Of a stretch of 64,000 nt of DNA, positions 1 through 8,437 are shown piece after piece. The stretch lies in NCBI GenBank assembly GCA_963703285.1, contig OY969807.1, positions 320,001-384,000 on the forward strand, written 5' to 3'. This DNA is from an uncultured Nitrososphaerota archaeon (GTDB lineage: Archaea > Thermoproteota > Nitrososphaeria > Nitrososphaerales > Gagatemarchaeaceae). How positions within the stretch are numbered: the first letter of the stretch is position 1; every line of letters starts with the position of its first letter. Made by a program: the position numbers and the translations under genes. The notes under the pieces are model-generated. The model saw only the letters and a program-made list of their open reading frames with translations, had not been told where the DNA came from and did no database searches.

Positions 1-1
1 C

Positions 2-616
2 TGGATTCAGAGGTTCATCCCTCAAATCTCCGAATATGTCAATTCCCTGACTCCACAACTCTCCGACACTTGGCACGCAGATGAGCTGTTCGTCAAGATG
101 AAGGGCGGGGTCAAGGAGAGCCAGTACGGTCAGAAGAACATGGCCTTCCTTTGGAACGTGATGGACAGGAAGACGCGGTTCCTTCTCGCCTCCAAACTGT
201 CTGAGAAGCGGTGCGTGGTCAGCGCGGCAGGCGCGTTCAGGGAGGCGATTCAGAACGCCCATGAGAGCAGACCGGAGAGAATCTTCACCGACGCGCACAA
301 GTCATACAAGGATGGAATCGAGATTGCCTTCGGTCAGGAGCGCCCCGAGCACATCGCCAAGGCGGGCATGGGCAAGCCCCACGCCAACAACAACCGCATA
401 GAGCGGTTGAACGGGACGCTCCGCGAGAGGGTCAAGGTCCAGCGCGGATGGAAGAGCATGACTTCACAGATCGCCGAAGGTCAGCGTATCCAGTATAACT
501 TCGTCAAGCCTCACATAGCCTTGGATGGGCAGACACCTGCGCAAGCGGCGGGTGTCGGCATAAACGGGAGAGACAAGTGGATGGAACTGCTTAAGAAAGC
601 CATGATACAGGGATGA
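2..616 (+). CDS. IS6-family DDE transposase, 5'-truncated by the window edge
   Basis: Frame is open from nt 2. WHADELFV (first D), IFTDAHKSY (second D) and NNNRIERLNGTLRER (E) match the IS6/IS240-type DDE triad. Confidence 0.9.
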   Translation, partial: WIQRFIPQISEYVNSLTPQLSDTWHADELFVKMKGGVKESQYGQKNMAFLWNVMDRKTRFLLASKLSEKRCVVSAAGAFREAIQNAHESRPERIFTDAHKSYKDGIEIAFGQERPEHIAKAGMGKPHANNNRIERLNGTLRERVKVQRGWKSMTSQIAEGQRIQYNFVKPHIALDGQTPAQAAGVGINGRDKWMELLKKAMIQG

Positions 617-628
617 TGCAGGTAAGCC

Positions 629-841
629 ATGAGAATGTCCGTCTCGGAGGTGGTCGAGATAGCCAAGAAGTTTGTAAGATCACAAGCGGGCTACTCCAGT
701 GTAGAAATTGCATCCGTAGACGCTCTCACACAGCAAGGGAGATGGAAGGTGCTCGCTGACGTGGGATTATTTGCGACCATGAGAAAGGAACTGATAATTG
801 ATGATAGCGATGGAAACATCCTCTCCTACAGGCAAATTTGA
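629..841 (+). CDS. Small hypothetical protein, PepSY-like alpha/beta pattern
   Basis: 70 aa; 'EVVEIAKKF...WKV...IIDDSDGNILSY' resembles PepSY-like folds; lower GC than host genes. Confidence 0.55.
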   Translation: MRMSVSEVVEIAKKFVRSQAGYSSVEIASVDALTQQGRWKVLADVGLFATMRKELIIDDSDGNILSYRQI

Positions 842-1226
842 AAGAATTTCTGAGTATCTAAAGATGCGGGACCAGTATTACAAGAACGCTGAAGAGTTCA
901 TAGGGCGTGGGGAGCTAAGAAAATCATCAGAATTACTCTGGGGTGCAATCTCGCAGAGCATCAAGGCGTTGGGTATACTTGCAAATCAAGAACTCGTCAG
1001 TCATAGGGACTTCTTTCCGTTTATGCAGCAGCTTTCTAAAGAATTAGGCGATCCCAGCTTATACGAGGATTTTGTCGACCTTAACACTCTACACAGAAAT
1101 TTCTATGACGAGTTTATTCCTCCTGAAGCATTTCCACTTTTTTTCAGAAAGGCCACTCTTTATGTCAAGAGAATCAATGACCTGATTCAAACCAAAGTAG
1201 GAAGACCAGCCAGGGAGAAAGGGTAA
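810..1226 (+). CDS. PaREP1-family (HEPN-like) protein
   Basis: 'YYKNAEEFIGRGELRKSSELLWGA...SHRD...LHRNFYD' is the PaREP1 pattern. Start is uncertain (798/801/810). Confidence 0.8.
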   Translation: METSSPTGKFERISEYLKMRDQYYKNAEEFIGRGELRKSSELLWGAISQSIKALGILANQELVSHRDFFPFMQQLSKELGDPSLYEDFVDLNTLHRNFYDEFIPPEAFPLFFRKATLYVKRINDLIQTKVGRPAREKG

Positions 1227-1252
1227 CGCCATCACCCCAAATGAACCACCCC

Positions 1253-1282
1253 GACCCATCACCCCGCTAACGAAGCAGAACC
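1253..1282 (+). repeat. 30-bp repeat copy 1 (putative IS6 right IR)
   Basis: GACCCATCACCCCGCTAACGAAGCAGAACC; 29/30 identical to 1405-1434. Confidence 0.9.
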
Positions 1283-1404
1283 CTACGACCAATTATTCGG
1301 CAACTGTGGGCCATACTACTGTCAGCACCATCGGCCCCAAGGCCGAATTTGGGACAGCCGAAGTGTATATCACCAGTTCTTGCACCTTCGTAAAGTAATC
1401 GTCT

Positions 1405-1434
1405 GACCCGTCACCCCGCTAACGAAGCAGAACC
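1405..1434 (+). repeat. 30-bp repeat copy 2 (second putative IS6 right IR)
   Basis: GACCCGTCACCCCGCTAACGAAGCAGAACC; direct repeat of 1253-1282. Confidence 0.9.
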
Positions 1435-1559
1435 GGGCCGTTCGGACAAGACTATCAATCGTGAAACGCGACCTTGATATGAATGGTGGGAATGTTGATT
1501 TCAGAACGCCTTATAACGCCATGAATACTCGCCGCGCCAGCAAGCAAGGGTTGGAAGAG

Positions 1560-2534
1560 ATGACCGAGTTTATGCTTTCATTGACGGGAGTGCACGCGAG
1601 GAACGAGTCGACCATCCAGGCGACCCAGGACTGGGAGAGGGCAAGGATTGACTCCAGGCGACTGCGAGCCGCGTTCAGGGAGGACGCAGACTCGCTGGTT
1701 CGGCTGCAGAAGCAGGTCGGCGCGGACTACCTCTCCGACGGCCAGCTCTCCGCATCGTGGCAGGACTTCCTCACCCCAATAACCGAGGGCTTCGAGGGGG
1801 TGAAGAAGGGGGCGATGGTGAGGTGGTACAACACGAACACGTTCTATCAGACTCCCGTGGTCGACGGTGCGATATCCAGCAGCGGTAGGGTCGTCTGGGG
1901 GAAGCTGGAGCGCAGGTTCGCTCGCGGAGGCCGGTTCAGGGTGGCCCTCCCCGACCCGCTCACGTTCTCAGAGCTGGCCGAAGACAGGTACTACCATGAC
2001 ACCGGGAAGGTAATGTTCGGCTATGCCGAGGCTCTCAACGGAGAGCTGAGGACGCTCCAGGCTAACGGCGTCGCATACGTGCAGTTCTCCTCGCCCGCCC
2101 TCGTGGCGAGGTTCAGGAAGAAGCCGCTGACGCCCGAAGGTCTCAGGCGGCTGGGCGACGCGCTCAGCGTGAGCACGAAGGGCACGACGATCCGGACCGG
2201 GTTCCACACGTTCTTCGGCGACGCCGCGCCCTACATCCCGGAGCTCTTCGACGCGCTCCCTACGGACGAAGTGGGGTTCGACTTCACTCAGACGGACCCC
2301 TCGCGACTCTCCCCGACGAAGAAGGGGATAATCGCCGGGGTCGCAGACGCCCGGACCACCTACCTCGAGGGCGTCGCCGACCTTCGGGAGAAGGTCGAGC
2401 AGATCGCCGAGAAGACCGGTTCGAGGTCGATAACGCTCGCGCCTTCCTGCGACCTGCGGTACATCCCGCGAGTCTCGGCCGACGAGAAGCTGAGGCTCTT
2501 GGGCTCGGTCAAGGCGGAGCTGGAGGCGACCTAG
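1560..2534 (+). CDS. Cobalamin-independent methionine synthase, N-terminal-like (non-Zn) subunit of split MetE
   Basis: SDGQL..W.D and VRWYNTNTFY..P motifs; HxC Zn motif is replaced by HTF. ATG 1560 is preferred over GTG 1461. Confidence 0.8.
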   Translation: MTEFMLSLTGVHARNESTIQATQDWERARIDSRRLRAAFREDADSLVRLQKQVGADYLSDGQLSASWQDFLTPITEGFEGVKKGAMVRWYNTNTFYQTPVVDGAISSSGRVVWGKLERRFARGGRFRVALPDPLTFSELAEDRYYHDTGKVMFGYAEALNGELRTLQANGVAYVQFSSPALVARFRKKPLTPEGLRRLGDALSVSTKGTTIRTGFHTFFGDAAPYIPELFDALPTDEVGFDFTQTDPSRLSPTKKGIIAGVADARTTYLEGVADLREKVEQIAEKTGSRSITLAPSCDLRYIPRVSADEKLRLLGSVKAELEAT

Positions 2535-3736
2535 AGCTGGCCAAGCCGTTCCCGACCCAGGAGATAGGGAGCCTGCCCAAGTTCGCCTGGAGGACCAAGC
2601 CCTTCAGGGGGATGGAGCTCTCGGACGCGGACATCGAGTCCGCGCGGTCGTGGGGCGAGCGCCTCCAGGTGCGAGGGCTGCGGGGCCTTCTGGGGATCCT
2701 CTCGAAGAGGGCGGACTTCTCGGACGCAGATAAGGCGTCCATCGTCGACTTCTCTCTCCTCTACGCCATCAGGATGGGGGAGACCGCGGGGAGCGGCCTG
2801 GCGAAGCAGACCGGGCTCGACCTCGTATGGTCGGGGGAGCAGGCGAGGACCGAGATGTACGAGACGCCCGTCTCGAGCATCAGGGGATTCGAGTTCATAG
2901 GGAAGGTCAGGAGCTTCGACAACAAGTACTGGAGGATGGCCTCGATCAGGTCCCCCCCGGCCTACGAGAGCAACTACCACCTGGACGAGCTCCTCTTCAC
3001 GCAGAAGCACGCCAGGCGCAAGATCAAGCTGCCCGTGACAGACGCCATAACCATCATGGCTTGGTCGGACAACAACTACTACACCTCGAAGTGGGCGGCG
3101 GAGAAGGTCGCGCCGCTCGAGAGATTGTTCAACGCGAGGCGCGAGTTCACCCTCGACCTCGCCAGGATAATCAGGAGGGTCATCCGCGAGCTCATAGCGA
3201 AGGGCGTCGAGGAGGTGCAGATCGACATCCCGGCCGCCACACAGTACCAGTCCCGGGAGGACATCGCCCTCGTGACGGAGGCGTTCAACGAGACGACGAA
3301 GGGGCTGAGCGCGACCTTCAGCGTCCACAGCTGCTTCCCGCCGAGCGTCGGCTACGGCATCCTCTTCCCTGAGATCCTCGAGATGAGGAAGTGCGAGCGC
3401 TTCTCCTTCGAGTACGGCAACAGGGACTCCTACGGCCGGGGGGTCACCGACGGCAGCAGGCCGGGCTTCGCGGACCTGAAGCTCTTCAAGGAGTACGGCT
3501 ATTCCCGAGGCCTGGGGGTCGGCGTGATACACATCCACACCGACCGGCTCCCGTCCGTCGACGTCGTGAGGGACAGGGCGCTGTACGCGGCCAAGGTGAC
3601 GGATATCGATCCGGAGGACCTGTACGTCAACCCGGACTGCGGGCTGCGCACCAGGCGGCCGGAGGTCGCCCAGGCCATGCTAGACCTCGTCGTGGCCGGG
3701 GCGGAGAAGGCGAGGGGTGAGCTGGCCGCATCTTGA
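2531..3736 (+). CDS. metE: Cobalamin-independent methionine synthase, catalytic Zn-binding subunit (non-canonical start CTA 2531 or CTG 2537)
   Basis: In-frame FPTQEIGSLPK motif lies upstream of the first ATG (2612); GEQ.R.EM, HSC, FSFE and NPDCGLRTR motifs. Confidence 0.85.
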   Translation, partial: LELAKPFPTQEIGSLPKFAWRTKPFRGMELSDADIESARSWGERLQVRGLRGLLGILSKRADFSDADKASIVDFSLLYAIRMGETAGSGLAKQTGLDLVWSGEQARTEMYETPVSSIRGFEFIGKVRSFDNKYWRMASIRSPPAYESNYHLDELLFTQKHARRKIKLPVTDAITIMAWSDNNYYTSKWAAEKVAPLERLFNARREFTLDLARIIRRVIRELIAKGVEEVQIDIPAATQYQSREDIALVTEAFNETTKGLSATFSVHSCFPPSVGYGILFPEILEMRKCERFSFEYGNRDSYGRGVTDGSRPGFADLKLFKEYGYSRGLGVGVIHIHTDRLPSVDVVRDRALYAAKVTDIDPEDLYVNPDCGLRTRRPEVAQAMLDLVVAGAEKARGELAAS

Positions 3737-4980
3737 TTCCCAAGACGACAACCATCGGAAGCTACCCCACGTTCCCGAAGCCCGAGGACATCGAGTACTA
3801 CCTCGCGATTTCCAGTCACGGGCTCGGGGACGAGGTCATCGACCCCTACCTCTGGTCGATCGACGAGGCCCTCGAGGATTTCACCTCGGCGGGCATAGAG
3901 GTCCCGTCGACGGGCCAGTCGCGCGGCGACCTGTACTCGCTATTCCTCGACCCCAAGTTCGTCAAGGGCCTCAGCTGGAACGGTTCCGAGGCCTTCGTGG
4001 ACGGCAAGATATCGAGGCTCGGCCCGTCAAGGCTGGCGGACGTCATTCACGCGCGTAAGACGCTCCCATCCAACTACGAGATCAAGGAGCCGATTACGGA
4101 CGCGTACACGCTCGCCAGGTTCGCGAAGATCAACACCACGGCGTACGCCGACACGCGCGAGCTCGCGGTCGAGATAAACAGGAAGATCATCATCCCCGAG
4201 ATAGAGCAGCTCCAGCAATCAGGCGCCGTCTCGTGGATACAGCTCGACTCGCCCGCGGTCGCCTCCGACTCGTTCGTCCCCGACTACTTCATCGGCCTCT
4301 ACGAGGAGGTGGCCTCGGCCGCAAGGCTCCCCGTCGTGCTTCATGCGTGCGGCGACGCGTCCAGGGTCTTCCCCGAACTGACCCGGACCAGGGTCCACAC
4401 CATCTCCCTCGACTTCTACCACTATCCGCGCCTCTTCGACGAGACGAGCCGGAGGAGCTACGACCAGCTCATAGGCCTCGGCTGTACCGACAGCCAGGGT
4501 CTCAGGGTGGAGACGGCCGAGGAGACGGGGAAGATGATTGACTTCGCACGCAGCCGGCTGGGCGAGGACAGGATACAGTTCGTCCACCCCCACTGCGGGC
4601 AGAGGAACCTCAACAGGGAGGTGGCCTACTCGAAGAACGTCGTGCTGACGCTCGCGAGGGACGACGTCTACTTCGGTCGCCCCGAGGAGGCCCTCCCGTC
4701 CAGGCTCGCCTCCGACGAGTACGACCCCCAGGGCTACTTCCTCGTCTCGATACTCCGGGAGACGAAGGAGATACTCGTCACCTACTACTCCTACCAGCAC
4801 GTCCCGAAGAGGCGCTTCAAGTCGAGGTCCGCTGAGCGCATATTCCAGTCGCTGAACGACGAAGCCGACGGCCTGGGCGTGTCCCGGCGGCATCTTGCCT
4901 ACCTGACGCTCGAGCTCGGGAGGGCCGAGGCGTCCCTGCAGTCTGGCGCGCAGGTCTACCGCCAGAAAGTGATCGAGTAG
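3733..4980 (+). CDS. Core methionine-synthase-like protein fused to a C-terminal DUF4346-like domain
   Basis: TTTIGSYP, STGQ.RGD, LHAC and HPHCG motifs; C-terminus DPQGYF...HLAYLTLELGRAE..L..G..Y.Q matches DUF4346. Confidence 0.75.
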   Translation: MIPKTTTIGSYPTFPKPEDIEYYLAISSHGLGDEVIDPYLWSIDEALEDFTSAGIEVPSTGQSRGDLYSLFLDPKFVKGLSWNGSEAFVDGKISRLGPSRLADVIHARKTLPSNYEIKEPITDAYTLARFAKINTTAYADTRELAVEINRKIIIPEIEQLQQSGAVSWIQLDSPAVASDSFVPDYFIGLYEEVASAARLPVVLHACGDASRVFPELTRTRVHTISLDFYHYPRLFDETSRRSYDQLIGLGCTDSQGLRVETAEETGKMIDFARSRLGEDRIQFVHPHCGQRNLNREVAYSKNVVLTLARDDVYFGRPEEALPSRLASDEYDPQGYFLVSILRETKEILVTYYSYQHVPKRRFKSRSAERIFQSLNDEADGLGVSRRHLAYLTLELGRAEASLQSGAQVYRQKVIE

Positions 4981-5853
4981 TTGAGGCTCAACGAGAGGAT
5001 GAGCAGGGGCATCTTCACGACGCTCATAGAGGTCTTCCCACCTAACTTCAGCCTGGAGACGGCTAGGGAGCCCCTGATAGGGATAAAGCAGAAGATGCGC
5101 GACATGGTGGCCAGGGTGAGGAAGATAGAGGACCTGGCCGACGCCATCCTCGTCGCCGACATGAAGGACCCGGGTCGCCTCCAGCTGGCTTCGGTCTACA
5201 CCTCCGCCGTCCTGAAGGAGGAGCTCGGCACTGAGGTCATACCGGTGGTCCCCATGAGGGACATGAACCGCAAGGCGGTGCGGACGACCTTCCTCACGTG
5301 CCTCTCGCTGGGGCTCGAGTCCGTCTCCCTCGTGTGGGGGGACAAGTACGGGGAGGGCGAGGGCTCCAGGAACGTCTACGACTTCAAGACCCTCGCCGAA
5401 GCCCTCTCCGAGGTGAGGGCCCTCGCAGAGAGGTCAGACGTCAACGCGACTTTGCTCTCGCCCGTCGACATCTCGACCCTCGACGGGAACCGGGGGGCGA
5501 GGATTGCAGAGGGCCGGTTGAAGTCCGGCGCGGACGTCCTCCTGGCGCAGCCGCCGACCTCGGATGTCGCCCGAACGCTTCAGACGCACGTAGCGAAGCT
5601 GAGCGCCAACCACCTGGAGGGTAAGGTCCTCCACAATATCTTCCCGTTCAGGAGCCTCGAGGACGTCCGGAGCTGCAGGGCGAGGTTCGGGTGGGACCTG
5701 CCAGCGGAACTGGACGCGATCGCGGCCGAAGGGGAGCCGGCCCTGCTCAAGGAAGCCCGCGCGGTGGCCGAGGCCGTGAGGGACCGCGGCCTTCCCGGGA
5801 TATACGTCTCGACCCGCGGGAAGCCCGAGCTGGCCCGCTATCTGCTCGACTGA
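4981..5853 (+). CDS. Methylenetetrahydrofolate reductase (MetF)-like protein
   Basis: EVFPP, D(A)ILVAD, RDMNR, LVWGD and GADVLLAQP motifs; cotranscribed with the MetE-like genes. Confidence 0.75.
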   Translation: MRLNERMSRGIFTTLIEVFPPNFSLETAREPLIGIKQKMRDMVARVRKIEDLADAILVADMKDPGRLQLASVYTSAVLKEELGTEVIPVVPMRDMNRKAVRTTFLTCLSLGLESVSLVWGDKYGEGEGSRNVYDFKTLAEALSEVRALAERSDVNATLLSPVDISTLDGNRGARIAEGRLKSGADVLLAQPPTSDVARTLQTHVAKLSANHLEGKVLHNIFPFRSLEDVRSCRARFGWDLPAELDAIAAEGEPALLKEARAVAEAVRDRGLPGIYVSTRGKPELARYLLD

Positions 5854-5955
5854 ACTCCTCCAAAAGCCTAAATATCGTCCGGAGTCCGGCGGCCAACAGA
5901 GTCCCATGCAAGACTCAGCTCCTCTCTTGAGTTCCTCCGCTCGGGTGAGTCGGTC

Positions 5956-6672
5956 ATGAAGGCCCTCATTCTCGCAGGAGGGCAGGGTCTGCGCCTGAGG
6001 CCCCTGACGGACGACAGACCGAAGCCCCTAGTCCTCGTCAACGAGCGTCCCATCGCGGAGTGGCAGATAGACTGGCTGAAGAGGGAGATCCCGCTGGACG
6101 AGGTGGTCTTCCTCAGCGGATACAAGTGGGAACGGCTGAAGGACCACTTCGGCTCCACCTACAACGGCGTCCGTGTCTCCTACAGCGTCGAGGAGACGCC
6201 GCTGGGCACGGGGGGCGCGATCAGGAAGGCCCTCGACGGTCTGTCCTCGCCGGGCGAGAACATCGTCGTCATGAACGGAGACATCATAACCTCCCTCCCG
6301 CTGAAGAACATGCTCGAATCCCACCAGACGCCAGGGACGCAGCCTACCGTCACGATGGCGCTCGTCCCCTACAAGTCAAGGTTCGGGATAGTCCACATCG
6401 ATAAGCTGAAGGTCGTCAGGAAGTTCGAGGAGAAGCCCGAGTTCCCGGACGTCTGGATCAACGGAGGGGTCTACATAATCAACGTTCAGAAGATCGCCAA
6501 GCACCTGCCGGAGGAGGGCGACATCGAGAGGGAGACGTTCCCCAAGCTCGTCCAGTACGCCGAGATAGTCTCCTACCCGTTCTACGGGTTCTGGTCGCTC
6601 ATCGACTCGATCAAGGACCTGCACGAGGTCGAGACAGAGATGAAGGCCCAGCAGGCCGAGCAACGGGGTTAG
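5956..6672 (+). CDS. Sugar-phosphate nucleotidyltransferase
   Basis: ILAGGQGLRLRPLTDDRPKPL, PLGTGGA, NGD, EKP motifs. Confidence 0.9.
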   Translation: MKALILAGGQGLRLRPLTDDRPKPLVLVNERPIAEWQIDWLKREIPLDEVVFLSGYKWERLKDHFGSTYNGVRVSYSVEETPLGTGGAIRKALDGLSSPGENIVVMNGDIITSLPLKNMLESHQTPGTQPTVTMALVPYKSRFGIVHIDKLKVVRKFEEKPEFPDVWINGGVYIINVQKIAKHLPEEGDIERETFPKLVQYAEIVSYPFYGFWSLIDSIKDLHEVETEMKAQQAEQRG

Positions 6673-6681
6673 GGCTCCGAA

Positions 6682-7266
6682 CTGGTCCGGGAACCCCTTA
6701 GGCTGGCCGGATCCCTCCTCTTCGTCGGGGGTGCCCAGTTCCTCGTGGCCCTCGTGATCGCCGAGGCGGTCTTCCCCGGCTACAGCGTCTCGGCGAACCA
6801 CATAAGCGACCTGGGGGCGGACTGCACCAGCACCTGCATCGTGAACCAGCCTTCTGCCGGCGTCTTCGACGTCAGCGTCTTCATCCTCGGCGTCCTCGGG
6901 CTCGCCGCCGGCTACCTGGTAGTCTCCGGCCGCCACAGGGTCACGGGAGTTCTCACGATGATCGGCAGCATCGGCGCTATGGGGGTCGGTGTGTTCCCCG
7001 AGTCGACGGGAGGGCTCCACGTCCTCGTGTCGTTCATCGCCTTCTTCTTCACCGGTGTCGCGGCCATCTCTTCCTTCCGCCTGCTCGCCCGCCCGATGTC
7101 CTACTTCGCCGTCGTCCTGGGGGCCTTCACCCTCGTCGCCCTGGTCCTCTACGCCAGCGGGACGTACCTGGGGCTGGGCCCGGGAGGGATGGAGAGGATG
7201 GTCGCCTACCCCGCGCTGATCTGGGTGGTCGCAGCTGGGGGTAACCTCGCGGGCCGCGCTGGATAG
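6682..7266 (+). CDS. DUF998-family membrane protein (probable CTG start)
   Basis: PGYSVSANHISDLG, GVGVFPE and GLGPGGMERM motifs; first TM helix RLAGSLLFVGGAQF lies upstream of GTG 6745. Confidence 0.75.
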   Translation: MVREPLRLAGSLLFVGGAQFLVALVIAEAVFPGYSVSANHISDLGADCTSTCIVNQPSAGVFDVSVFILGVLGLAAGYLVVSGRHRVTGVLTMIGSIGAMGVGVFPESTGGLHVLVSFIAFFFTGVAAISSFRLLARPMSYFAVVLGAFTLVALVLYASGTYLGLGPGGMERMVAYPALIWVVAAGGNLAGRAG

Positions 7267-7326
7267 GACTCCACAATCCTTATTATAGCACCTTGGAGTG
7301 CTTCTTTTGGCAAGGACTACAAGACC

Positions 7327-8436
7327 TTGCCCCTAAGTTTCGTCTCAAAACTGAAGAACGCTTCCAATGTCTTCACCTTCCGGGATTTCATACTCCTCCC
7401 GGGTAGGAGCGAGGTCGAGCCGCGCGACATCTCGCTCGCCTCCCATCTGACGAAGAAGATCGCGCTCGAGCTCCCGTTCGTCTCTTCCCCGATGGACACG
7501 GTCACGGAGTGGAGGCTGGCCCTCGAGATGGCGCGTCTCGGTGGCGTCGGCGTGATACACCGGAACCTCTCCATCGAGGACCAGGTCGCGCAGGTAACCA
7601 GGGTGAAGGCATCGAAGGTCCAGGTCAGGTCGGCCGACACCCAGGGACGTCCCCTTGTCGGTGCGTCCGTCTCGCCGATGGATGCCAAGAGGTGCGAAGC
7701 GCTCGACAGGGTCGCTGACTTCCTCGTCGCTGACGTCGCCCACTTCCACAACTCGAACGTCCTCAGGGCAGCCGCGAAGGTCCTCCCTAATCTCAGCAGG
7801 GACTTCATCGCAGGGAACATAGGGACGAGGAGGGCGGTCCACGACATCGTCTCCGAGCTCCCCAGGGTCGACGGCTTTCGCGTGGGGATAGGCTCCGGGT
7901 CCGTCTGCATCACGTCAGAGGTCACGAGGGTCGGCGCCCCAACGCTCTTCGCGGTCGCGGAGGTCGCGACGGCGGCGAGTGAACTCAACGTGGACATCCC
8001 GATAATCGCCGACGGCGGAATAAGGGGCTCCGGGGACGCCTCCCTCGCCTTCGCGGCGGGCGCCTCGACCGTCATGCTCGGTTCGGTCCTGGCGGGCACA
8101 GACGAGTCGCCCAGCAAGGTCATCACGAGGAACGGGAGGAAGGTGAAGGTGCACAGGGGGATGGCAAGCGCCGCGGCCCGGAGGGCCAGGTTCGCGCTCG
8201 ACAGGTACAGCGTGCCCGCGAAGGGGCTCGACGAAGGCGTGGAGGCCTACGTCAACTACGCCGGGAGCGCCGAGGACGTCCTGGGGGGGATGGCAAACGG
8301 GCTCCGGGCCTCGTTCGGGTACGCCGGGGCGAAGAGCATACCTGACCTGTGGGGCGTCGCATCCTTCGGGCTCGTCTCGGCTGTGGGTTACACAGAGCTG
8401 GGGGTCCATTCGTTGACCCTGAAGGGGGGGACCTAG
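7327..8436 (+). CDS. guaB: IMP dehydrogenase lacking CBS domains
   Basis: SSPMDTVTE, GIGSGSVCIT, IADGGI, RGMAS, EGVE motifs; adjacent to guaA. Confidence 0.9.
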   Translation: MPLSFVSKLKNASNVFTFRDFILLPGRSEVEPRDISLASHLTKKIALELPFVSSPMDTVTEWRLALEMARLGGVGVIHRNLSIEDQVAQVTRVKASKVQVRSADTQGRPLVGASVSPMDAKRCEALDRVADFLVADVAHFHNSNVLRAAAKVLPNLSRDFIAGNIGTRRAVHDIVSELPRVDGFRVGIGSGSVCITSEVTRVGAPTLFAVAEVATAASELNVDIPIIADGGIRGSGDASLAFAAGASTVMLGSVLAGTDESPSKVITRNGRKVKVHRGMASAAARRARFALDRYSVPAKGLDEGVEAYVNYAGSAEDVLGGMANGLRASFGYAGAKSIPDLWGVASFGLVSAVGYTELGVHSLTLKGGT

Positions 8437-8437
8437 G

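Larger units (their letters stand above)
1..1282 (+). mobile_element. Right part of an IS6-type element carrying two low-GC passenger genes
   Basis: Transposase, two AT-richer ORFs, then an end reading inward GGTTCTGCTTCGTTAGC, similar to IS257/IS26-type IR starts (GGTTCTGT/GGCACTGT). The left end is outside the window. Confidence 0.7.

Noticed and set aside
1253-1434. 30-bp direct repeat as a mini-CRISPR array
   Set aside because: Only two copies, a 122-bp gap, no cas genes, and the sequence ends like an IS6 inverted repeat.
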